Shown here one piece after another: positions 41,801 to 53,200 of a DNA stretch of 64,000 bases (positions are counted from its first letter, which is position 1; each line of letters starts with the position of its first letter). Made by a program: the position numbers and the translations under genes. The notes below the pieces were generated by a model, which was given only the letters and a program-made list of their open reading frames with translations, searched no databases and had not been told where the DNA came from. The DNA is from Raillietiella orientalis (taxonomy: Eukaryota): positions 2,914,001-2,978,000 of the forward strand of contig JAYWIR010000004.1 of assembly GCA_036172245.1 (NCBI GenBank). The letters are read 5' to 3'.

Positions 41801-44254
41801 AAACGAATCGTGAAGTGTACATTTCTGCCCACACTCGTGTACCAACAAAGAAAAAACTCCACGTGGGAACGGGAAATCGGCTGGGCGCGCTCGAATCCAG
41901 GAGACCTGCTTGACGATCTCGTTTCCCCCGGCTCTCCCGTCGCCATGGAATCGTTTCGGGCCCGAGGCGTTCCGCGCTCGCGCGCGGTGCCCGGGCGCGC
42001 GCAGGAGCGACAGGTCGGCAGGGGCCGTCCCGCGGCGGTGGAGAGCTAGCCTTCGTCCCGTGCCCTTCTCCTGGTTCAAGAGCTGGCCGGAGCAGGGAAA
42101 CCTGTTGCCGCGGAGGAGAGCGGAGTACCGGGAAGCTGCGCGCCGTGGACGGGTCGTCGGATGCGGATGTCGAGCTCTCTCGGCACACGTCGAGCCGTGC
42201 ACGGTGAAGGGGGAGGCGGGGTGGAGCTCCTCAAGATGGGCGCGCACGTTCGGAAGCTCCTGAAGTGCAGCAGCATCAAGGAGGGTTCCTTCCCGGAGCA
42301 AAAAAAGAAAAAAACAAAAGGGGGTGGAGGGAGAGAGAGAAGAAAAGCCGCTTCGGGAGAACTCCCGAAGAAGGAACAGAACAAGGAGTAGGAAACCCGT
42401 GGCTTTCGTCTGCACCGTCCGAGAGGAACGCTCGCGTCGCCGCCGAACCCAGCCGCAAAACCGAGTGGCACTCTGGGACGCTTCTCCTCTTCCTCCTCCT
42501 CTTGGAGGAGGGAGAGGCGAGAGCGAGCAGGCGGAAGCCGTCAGTCGCCCTCCACCCCACCCCACTCTGCACGCTGGCCGTACAAACCTCCGCGGAATGC
42601 TTGCGCCCGTCTCCTGCCTCCTTTTCCTCAAAGGTACAACCCCTCAAGATCCACCTAACGGACGCGCTATCGATCGGGGCGGTGTGCAGAGAGCGGTACA
42701 CCTCGACGCCGAGCAAGGTACAGAGCCTCGCCGAGCCGGGGTACCCTCCTGGCTTCCCCCTTGCAGCTCGCAGATGCAGAGAGCAACTTCCTCTGGACAG
42801 CAGCAGCAGCAGCAGCCAGCGGCGGCTGCTTTTTTGGTTTGCTGTTCCGCTCGCTTGAACGTCTTCACGCGGTGCACGGCCGAGTCTTGGAGAAGCCCCT
42901 AACGCCAGCTCGGCACCCGTGGTGCAGATGCTGGTCCTGATGGGAAAAAAATCATCCCCCCGGATCCGTGGATGATCTCCGGAACAAGAAACTAAAAAAA
43001 AAAAAAAAAAAAAAATCGATACGCGGGAGCATATCCGAAGTACTTCTTATACGCGCGCGCGTGTCTCGGCAGAACGGCCGAGAACGCCCCTTTGGGTGTG
43101 CGGACAAGAGTGGGGGGACTGCCACCAACTGTTGCCGACCACGATGCGGTATATGCTTCCTGTCCCGGTGGCTGTGATGGGGAAGGTCAGATGCGGAATA
43201 CGCGAAATCGTGGTTTGGGGAGTCGAAGCTTTCCCGGAATTCCAAAGGAACACGACGTTGCCGGAGAGAGAAAGAGAGAGAGAGGGGGGGGGGGAGGGTA
43301 AGGAATAAAGGAGAAGAAGAAGGAAAAAAAAATGATAAGAATCTCTCTAAGAGGTCAAAAGAATGCGTCGATGCGTTGTCGAGCTTTCATCGCGCCACAA
43401 TGAGGATGGCACCTGGATGGCCCCAGGATCTCTTCCAAGAGCACTCATCACCTCCGAAATGTCTTCCGATAGAGAATGCGCATCTGAAATCCACGAAGCA
43501 ACCGCCGTTTAGGAAATGCTTGCTGATCAAATGCGAAAAGAGAAATTCTTTCCCTCCTTTGCAATTCTATTGCTCCGGTGCTGTGGTGGATCCCATTTTC
43601 ATATTTCCCTCCTCACCGTAAAACCCTCCTCACCGTTGATAATTACCAAGAATTATCTAGAATGCTTATGGCGTTTCTTAACATTCTGAAATATTTCTGG
43701 CCAGCGACACGGAAAGGGAGGGGGGGGGGGGATGGAAGGAAAAAAGGAAGAAAAAAGCAAGCAAGCAGGCAGGCAGGCAAGACAAAAGGGGGGGGGGGAG
43801 GAGGAGGAGGAGGAAGAAGAAAAAAAAAAAAATCTGCTCCAAGATCAGCGTATTTAAAGATCGCTTCATAAGTTTTAAATATTCTAATGAGCGGGGACCT
43901 GGAAGATTGAAGAAAAAGCGCACGACGAAATCGCAGGTGGAATGGCGAGGCGGCGGCAGCGCTGTGCGTCGGCGAACATTTTAAACTTAAAGGTTGTTCT
44001 TCGATTTTGTGCTCCTCCCCTCCCTCCCTCCCTCCCTCTTTTCTTTTTTTTTTTTCCCTCCCCCTCCCCAAGTTTGTTATTTTCCACTTTTCTGCTTATT
44101 TGAGACGAAATGCACCTGGAAACGATAAAATAAAATTCGGCTGGTATTTATCGATGTATACCTTACTTAAAAAATAGAAAAAAAAATAGAAAAAGAGAAT
44201 GTGCGAACACACCACATGGATAAGGAGGTGGGAGGGGGAGGAGGGGGGGGGGGA

Positions 44255-44286
<32 letters not shown>

Positions 44287-44767
44287 GGAAAAAAAAAGCA
44301 ATTTTCTAGAAAATTAACCTTTCCAAGTGATTTCGTTTTAATTAAACCGACATTCAAAGTAGAAATGGTAGAAATTCCATTTTTCCTTTTCGAGAGTGAT
44401 TCCCGATAAAAATGATATAATAAGGCGCGGGCGCAAGCTATTTTTGCTACAATTTAAGCATGCCTTCCCCCTCCCCTCCCCCTCCCCCCCGGTTCTATTC
44501 CGGATATAATTATCTTTCATCGAAATGATAAGTTTAGCATGGCGAAGAGAGCATGATTTTGAAAAGTCATTGCTCCGCGTGGGAGTCTTTTTGGGGAAAG
44601 CCGAGGCAGAATTAGATAATTGCTTGTTGTTTACTTTGGAAAAATGCATCGAATCTTCTCGAAAGAAAGGAATTGCATTTTCCGGCACGGGAAAGACCGC
44701 ATCCACCCTGGCTGCTCGCGAGCTCCATCCCGAGCTAATTACCGCCTCAATCCCACTATTCTTGTTC

Positions 44768-44823
44768 TCATCATCATCATCATCATCATCATTGTTGCTG
44801 TTGCTGCTGCTGTTGTTGTTGTT
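44768..44823. repeat. Compound trinucleotide microsatellite (TCA)n-(TTG/CTG)n
   Basis: Directly visible repeat. Confidence 0.85.
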
Positions 44824-47193
44824 TAACCTCCGTCGCCTCTGCGATTGATGTATTACAATAGTAATACAATATGCTACTCGACATTAATCCGCAACGAACA
44901 GGATGGATTTTTCGGCCCGTGTTACTCCGACGGCTTGGACTGCTGACAGGGGGAAAAAAATTCCCGTGAAAAATTCCGGAAATGATAAAGACAAAATTGC
45001 GCGTTTTGTTCTATAAAATTTCGTTTGCCGAACAGGAAAGAAAACATCCGTTAGGAAGAGAGAGGGAGAGAGAGAGGCGAAGGAAGAGAAGCAGGAAGAA
45101 AGGAAAAAGACATGCACCGCTCACAAAGGTGGATTTCGAATCCGAACGGTTTTTTTTTTTTCCTTCTTTTTCTTCTTCTTCTTCTTCTTCTTAGAAATCA
45201 TGCAACCAAGTCCTTGTGCAGTGAAAATAATGCGGTATAAAAATACTTCTTAAACGACCCGTTCTGCCTTTTCATTCGCGAGGGAGATCAATCAAGGGAA
45301 TTATTTCACGCAAAAAAAAAAAAAAAAAAAAATAAATAAATAAATCAGGAGCATCGAAAATTATGGGAACACCACAGGAACAGATTGCATACTGGCGCAA
45401 TTAAATTCATCCTGGAATCAAATAGCACTGCAGCTCACTGCACTCACTGAATGAATTGCGACAGCAATCAGTACTGAAATCAGATTTCTGGGATGTCTGA
45501 TTCTATTTAAGAATGCGCTCCAGAGTTATTATTACGCTCGAGAGGAGCTGCGGAGAGAAGTAGCTGTTACCAGGCGCCGTGCTTTATGCGACTTTTGGCA
45601 TGGAGATTCCATAATGAAATAATTTATTGCCAACGGGAAAACTTATTATTACATCAGTGAGCTGTCGAATTCGGCGCGCAGCAAGGATGGGAGGATTCCA
45701 CATCAATCCCGGTTCATTTTCATCCCCGCGATCGAGGACGCGTCTGCGGACGCGCTCCGCAACTGTCAAGACCTGCTCCATTGTGGCAGCATCATTTCCA
45801 GGCGTCGCGCATATAAAGCGCTGCCGGCGTGACGTCACGGACCGTCGTGCTTTGCGGAAAAAATCGCCGCCGAACGAAATAAATATGGAATTCCGATGGA
45901 ATAGTTTCCGTCTCCCTGCTATGAAGTGGAAAACAAAAAGGAAAGGAATTCCTCCCTGCGAATGAAAGCCATGTTCCTGGGGAGGAGGGGGGGGGAGAAG
46001 AAGAAAAAAAAAAAAAAAGGAGAAAGAGAAGAGGAAGAAGAAGGGGAGGGGGGGGGGAGAAAGAAAAAAAGAGAAGGAATGGGAGACCCAGGGGAAACAC
46101 AAAAAGCGAACGGAGAGTCCTCTGGGCGCTGGGTCGCGCGCGGTCTCACTCGCCGATGACACGCATTCAAAGCAGCGCAGGGCAACACTTTCGGAGGAGG
46201 GTCTTCGCAGCTTCAGTGGCGGTGGCACCGTTCGCCGTCTCGGGGCGAACGGGCTCTCCGAGCTGCACTTCATTCATGCGGCAGGCCCTTCGGTGCCCTG
46301 TCGCTCCCGAGCGGCACACACAATACGCCCGCCCGCCGTCCGCAGCAGCGTTCCCAGGCAATCTTCCGCGCGCACCCGCCACTTGCATGCTGAAGGCATG
46401 ACAAGCAGGGCGGGGAGGGGGGACAGAACCGCATCCTAGGAAACCACGGAATCTCTCACCGGGTCTCTCCTCCAGCTTTCTCCGCTCCCGAGGGAGGAAG
46501 CGGTGACCCGCGGCTCTCAGCAGCAGCGCGCTGCTGTTGTTTCGGCAGAGAGCGCGCGCGCGCCCCTCCTTCCCTCTGCGGTTGCCATGGTCACTCGGCG
46601 TGTTTGTTTTCCCCCGCGCTTTCGCCTTTTCCCCCCTCCCCCCAGCCGCCCACGCACTCGCTCCGGGACGCGAGGCGTTTCCGCACGCGCGCTCCTCGGC
46701 TCCTCTCGCCCTCGCGTTCCGGCGCGACCGCGCCCTCGGGACGATCCCGGGACCTCGAAGGGTCCTAACCCGCGCCTGTGACGGTATCCCCTCCCTCCAG
46801 CTCGAGGTCTCCGAGCCAGCGCTCCCCTCTGCCGGACATGCCGGGTCTTCCGGGAGATACTCGCGGGCTGGGAGAGGGACAGAACCCCCCGCCCAGGAAG
46901 CAACGGGAGGAGGCTCTTCCGGGAAGGAAGCACCCCGCCGGGAGAGCCCCCCCCCCCGTCGAAGCAGTAGTGCAGCACGGGTCGAAAGCAGTAGTGCTCC
47001 CGTTTCCGATGCCTCTTACGAGCAGGAGGGCTACGCGGTCTCGGCCCCAGGCAGCGGTGATCCTTCCCGGACCGGAGGGATTTTCTCCTTCTCCCTCCTT
47101 TTTCCTGACCCCTTTTCGGCTTCCCCTCCGCCACGCGAGAGGGAGGAACCCTCAGGGCGCACGCGCGCGGCTCCGCCCAGCTCCCAGGGAAAT

Positions 47194-47218
47194 GTCGTCG
47201 TCGTCGTCGTCGTCGTCG
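47194..47218. repeat. (GTC)n microsatellite
   Basis: Directly visible run of GTC. Confidence 0.85.
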
Positions 47219-50200
47219 CTTCCCCTCCTCCCCTTCATCCTCCTTACGTGGTGCGGGTCTGTCTCGTAGCCACAGGAAGGTCTGGGCGAGCTCCCGTCTC
47301 CACCCTCGGGCCGTCGGGGAGAGAGACCTGCGTCCCGGAGGGGGGAGGACGGGAGAAGAAGAGGAGCGACTCGAGTTCCTCGGCGAGAACCCCCCCCCCC
47401 CCCATGGCTACCGTGAACTCCCGGGACGAACGGCCGGGCTACTACCTCCGCAGAAGCTACCCAGGGGAATCCTGGAGGACCACGCGGCGCTTTTCCGGGA
47501 AGGCTCCATTGGCAGCGGGTGGGAGAGGCGAGGTGGGGATGGAGTGGGGGAAGGAATGGAGAGACGGGAGGGGGGTTGGTGGGGAAGCGGAGGCAATGTC
47601 TGGCGTAACTTTCGCGTGCAAGAAGATTCCAGGGAGGAACGAAACGGGAAGACCTTCCGCCGACGCGGATGCGCTCTCGGGACTGGGGGACGGAGCAACT
47701 GTTGATGGGGATGGCCCCCCGCCTCCCCGCGGAGGAGGCGGAAGGGGGGGGAGGCCTGCAGCCCTCTCTACTGGTCTCTCACTCCCGTTCCCGGCTGCAC
47801 GCGTCCCGTCCGGGGAGACTCCAGCCTCCTCCTGAGGTTCAAGGTCGTCGCGGCCCCTCCACCCCACCGGAAGCTACGCCGGGGCACCGGGAACACCGAG
47901 GGGAAGGAGGAGGAGGGGCACAAAGGTCTCGTCATCCCTCCTTCACCCTCAGCGAGGCACTGCAGCTCGAGGAAGTTAGCCCTTACCGGGAGTGGCGCTT
48001 CCGCTCCCTCTGCCCCAAGGGGTCGGGAAGCGTGGCACAGGGACGGGAGCACCTCTCCAGGAGGGAGGCGGAGGCGATCCCCGAGACCACGTCTCCGGAG
48101 GAGGAGGAAGAGGAGGGGGAGGGGTGGCTTCCCAGGGGACCGCTGCTGTCCCCGCGGGGTGGGTGGGAGGGCGCTCTCGTGTGCGCCCTCGATCTGGGGG
48201 GGGGGGGGGAGCGAGGCCTCTTTCCGTGGGGCCGCGGACCTCCCTCCTTTCTCACTCCCTCATTCGCCGCCCTCGATCATCCCTGGTCGAGACGGGGCCG
48301 GGCGACTGCAGCATCACATCCGCCGCTTCGGGCAGGGGCGGGTTCCAGCGGCTCTCGCTGCGCTTCCCGCTCGAAAGCGAAGGAGGAGGTCAGAGGACGG
48401 ACGAAGAAACCGGGAACTGCGAGTTCGGGGGGAGGGACCCATCCTCCTCCTCGCGCTTCCGGAATGCGTCCCGGAGGGCGTGGGGGCGGGGGAAAGCGCT
48501 GCCTCGAAGGCAGCGGTCGAGGGAGCTGCGTAGGAGCGCGCGCAGGAAGACGGTGCGGTCCCCCGGACCGGGACTTTTCCTTCTCCCCTTCCGCTGCGCC
48601 TTTCCTCCGACGGGGTGACCTCGGGATGAAGGAGGTCCCGCTGGCAGAGAGTCCCTCCCGCCCCGTTCCGGGCCGCGGGACGCACAGGATAGGGCGATTT
48701 CCCAACGCGCCCGCTCCTCCCCCCCCTTCTTGGGCTACCCTGCCACCCCAGTAGGATCCCCCATCTTGCCCGTGTCCTTCCTTTCCGGCTCTCGTCCTGC
48801 AAGAAGGGACGCGCCTCCTTTCCTTCGTCGCCTCCCGCCGGGAGGGGAGGAGGAGGGGGGAGGGGGAAGACGCGACGTCGTGCGTCTCCGGTGGTCTCCT
48901 TAGCGTCGCATCCGGGCAGAGCTCTGGAGAGCGGGGAACGCGTCGGGACAAGGGGAGACACGACGACGTCCCCCTTCCTCCCGTGATCGTCTTCCAGGGA
49001 GGCGCGCGAGCCCCACCGACCCCTCTACGCTGCAGCTGCTGTCCCTTCCGAACAGCTGCCCGCAGGGGGCAGACTGCCCGTGCCCGGAAACCCGGATCCT
49101 CCCAGGCGAATTTCCCGCCATTCCCCTCCCTTGTCCCCCATGTCCAGGGAAAGATTCTCGTGCACCCCGGACAGGGAAGGGGAAAGAGGAAGTCTCCAGG
49201 GATGTCGGTAGGGGCCCCGTAGGGGGCCGCAGACCCACGCGAACCCTCGGTGCAGCAGGGGCCGAGGGAGGGCGTCGGGTTCCCCTGGTTTGGACGGCCG
49301 GCAGGGCCGGGTCGCGCTGACCATACTTCCTGTTGGTCTCGTGACAGGTCCCGCATAGAATGTAAGCCGAGAGGAGGGGGGGAGGATGAGGGCGTACTCC
49401 GTCCCAGGACGATCCAGGTCGGCCGGAGGAGAGGAAGAGGGTGGGAGTATCTGAGTAGGGAATGCCCTAGAAGAGGACGCTTGAAGTCCGGTAGCGCTCC
49501 GCGGAGCGAAAGGGGGGAGAGGAGGGACCGCCCCGCGGTTTACCTGCCCCTGCAGGTGGCGGAGAAGGAAGGAAGGCAGGAGGAGACGGGATCGCATCCC
49601 GGCGAGAGCAGGAGGAGGCACCAGGGGCTGGAGGAGAGAAGGCGGAAGCTCCCTGCAGCGACGGGAACTCCGGGATCGCGGAAGGCAGCAGCGGCGGCAG
49701 CAAGGAGTCTCCATGATGACCCCTCGAGGGCCATCCTAAGCAGCTCATCCTGGTCGGGGAAGAAGAGGTTGAGAAGACCGGCGGTTTCCTCTTCTTCCTC
49801 CATTCGGTGGGGACGCGAGGCGAAGCTGCCGACCTTGGAGGGCCGTGGTGAAAGCGGGGACTGTGGCAGGGGAGCGGAGGGTGGATCGCATGACGACCCC
49901 CAGGCGGCATGTTCCTCCTTTTCTCACCCCACCCTCCCCTCTTCCCCATCCCCGCAGGACCTAGGTGATGGCTCCCGAGACGTGCGCCTCTGACTTCCCA
50001 ACAAGGAGGAGAGGGGGAGCATGGGGGGAGGAGACGAGCGCGAAGGTGTGCGCACGGCGTCACGTGTGCTTCCCGATGGCAAAAGCGCGATTCTCCGTCG
50101 CACGCCACTTCCCGGCTTCCTGGTGGAGGAGGCGCTTCTCAGAGTGCGACCCTCTGCCCTCCCTCTTCCCCCACTCTGGTCGCCCAGGCAACCCGACGGT

Positions 50201-53200
50201 TGTTACCGCGAGGATCCAGCAACAGCAGCATATCCGGCCGACGCTTTTCCTCCGCCGCCGTCGCTTGCCTTCGCGCGCCGGTTCTCCTCCACCCGGTGGC
50301 GGTGCCCCGTCGTTCGGGAAGGTCGTATATCCTCAATATAGCCAGTTTTAAGGAAGGTCGTACAGGGCCGGGCGGGAGCGCACCTTGCCCCTTGTCGGCC
50401 CACAGCCCTTCCCTCCGCGACCTGGTTCGGCCGACCTCATCCCCCGTCCCCATGAAGAGTCCCGGGGATTCCCTTCTGCGGGCGCAAAGCCAGCAGCCGG
50501 TCCTTCCCCCCGCGAGGGATCGGCCCGCCGCAGCCTCCGGACCGCTCCATCCATCTTCCTTCCCCCTGACCTTCCCGAAGCTCCTGGTGCGTGCACCGCG
50601 GCGGCACCCCGCGGTGCCCGACGTTCCTCCGCTCTCGCGGGGGTCAGCAGGCAACAGCACCCCCCTCTACGGCGTTGCGTCTGCGGGGGAGGAGGGGGGG
50701 AAGGTGGCAGAGACGAACTCTTGAGAGCGCCGCCCCCGCGCGCGGCCTGCACTGCGGCCCGGCGGCGGCGGAACCGGCTGGTCGCCGCCTCGCCTTCCTG
50801 ATGAAAGCGAAGATACTGAGAAGTGGACCTCGTGTGATCGGCGATCACCGCAATCAACCGTCTTCCGTCTATTCAGTTTCTTCTTTCCCCCCTCCCCCTC
50901 CCCCCCTTTTCCTTGATTCGCAGCGCGTCCCAGGGAACGGCGTCTTTCAGCCGGGAGCAGACGGACGCAGCCACTGCAACGCGAACGCGCGCGCCGCGCG
51001 CACGTGGGCGCTTGGCCTTCGGGACGAGGAAGGGGGGGGGGAGGAGGAAGAAAGGGAAAGTAGGTGTGTGTGTGTGTGTCTTGCGCGCCGGCTGCTGCCG
51101 AGCGCCGGGATATTTCTCTCGATCCCTTCCTCCTGCTGCCGGAGGGAAGGAGTCGTCGTCATGGGAGCGATCGAGGGAGCCGCCGCGTGGCGCGCGCGGG
51201 ACGGGCAGGGCGGCGGGTCGCGGCGGCAGACACCGCGCTGGTGCGCGCATGCGAGTGCGCTTGGCATCTCCCGGAGACCAGCAGGCGCCGCAGGAGCGTT
51301 CGCCGAGCGGCGACTGCCTGCCTCCTGGCGGAGGCGACGACGACGCCATGTGACCACGAGGGGAGAGGAGGCCGTCTCGGCTGCACGGGGAAGGAGAGGA
51401 GGAGGAGAGAGGCGGCCGTTTTCCCAGCGAAGTGTCGGGACGCGGCTGCGTCGTCCCGGGTGCTTTTCGCTTCCTCCCCTCCCCCCCCCCTTCCCCCAGA
51501 CTGCCGCAGCGGATCCTCCCCGCCAACAAGCCCTCAGGACGCGCGCGTGCTCCGCACGCAACGGACTCGACGCCACCGCCGCTGCCGGCTGGCCGACGTC
51601 CGCAACGGTCTCCTGGCGGCGCGAGTCCCGGCCTGGCGGCTGCGCGCGCGCTCGCCACCTGCCCACGTGCCTCATCCCATTCCAGTCAGTCCCCTTCCCG
51701 GCCCGCGGGGAAGGACAAGCGAAAAGCGGGAGTCGCGCCAGGAAGGTCCCTGCTCCGCTCGTTCAGGGTCTGGGGAACACGCACCCCTCCTTCCTCACCC
51801 TGGCGCGTCCCCGGAAGGGGGGGAAAGAACACGCAGTGGGGCGGCGGGATTCCGTAGGTCCGAGGCGAACCCACGAGCAGCCGCGAAGATCGCGGGCCGC
51901 TACCTTCCTGGCACCCTGTCGAGGCATCTGGAACAGGAGATTCAGCGCGTGCTCGGGGGGCTGCAGAGAAGGAGGAGGGGGTAGGAGGGGAAGGACGCAG
52001 GTGTCAGATCCCGGGGCTGCGCCGTCGGGAAGCCGAGGCGGCTCCTGGGTCGGTCGCTGGCGCGGGAGAGCCAAGGCGGAAGTTCCTCCGGAAGCTGAGC
52101 ATCCTGCGGTTGCTCGTGGGGGGTCCAGGCGACTCGCGATGGAGGGAGGAGGTTCCTTCCCGTTCCGAAGGGACGCATCCCCTGGACGCTGGCCGTCCGA
52201 GTCGGATGGAGGGATGAGCAGATGAGCAGATCCCACGCACCCCCCACCTCGGGAACGTAGCGATCATCGATCCCGGAAAAGAGTCGAGAGGGGGGCGGGG
52301 ACTGCTGCCGCGCGAAGAGTGAGAGGAGACCTAGACCGCGAGGAGTGGGCCCGGGGAGTTTCGGTCCTCGTGCTGGACGGGAAGAGAGTGGATGAGGGGG
52401 GGGGGTTCGAACGTTCCCCCTCTTGAAGGCCCCCGTGGGACATCCTCCCTCCACCGCCCCCACGCCGCCTGCCGGTCTGAACGCCGACCGGCCTGACGAG
52501 AGGCCGAAGCGCCGCCACGTCGCCGAGGGGACCGTGAGACCTTCGGACCAGACCGCAGAGACGCGGGGGAGGGACCGGGGTCTTCCCTGACCGCGCGCTG
52601 GAGCGAAGGGAGCGCGGGGATTCCTCCCTCCCCCCCCTTCCCAGCTGCTGCTTCCGCCGAGCGGCGGAGACGCTCCCTCGAGCAGGCGGCGCGCACTGCT
52701 GCGGGCGCGAACGACGGCAGGCGAAGCCAAGCGGAGTGGGCGGCGCGCGCAATAATGGGGCGAAAACGGGGGGGGGTGGGGGTGGGGTGCACCGAAGCGG
52801 GCCTTTCGGTGGCCGCAGCGCGCCATTCAGCGGGTGCGCCTCGGCTGCTGATCACCCGGTCGGGGATCGTCGGAGGCCGGCCGTCGCTGGTGCGCGGATG
52901 GGGGAGGGGGGAAGAGACAGCGCTCCGCGCGCAGCCCCACGAGGCGACACGGATCCCTGCCTTCCCGGCGAGGACGAAGGGGAAAAGGGGAAAGGGGGGA
53001 GGGGGGAGGGGGAAGGAGGACATGCGGGGTAAACCCACTGCTTCCCGGAAAAACGATCGATCTGCCGCCGTTCCAAGAAAGCAGAGTTCCATCTTTTCTT
53101 TTCTTTTTAAAAAAAAAAAACGCAAGAAGAGGAAGAGGAAGGAAAAAGGGGGGAAGGGGAGAGGAAGGAAGAGGAATGTGTGTGTAATGTACGGCGGGAA

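Noticed and set aside
42351..42370. 9-bp inverted repeat CTTCGGGAG-AA-CTCCCGAAG
   Set aside because: Short enough to arise by chance in 64 kb; no supporting context.
40505..42631. 708-aa ORF and other long ORFs (e.g. 46537-47835, 50591-52225, 58219-59631) in the GC block
   Set aside because: ORFs overlap in all frames, are R/G/P/S-rich and low in complexity, cross homopolymers and show no domains; this is expected from stop-codon scarcity at high GC.
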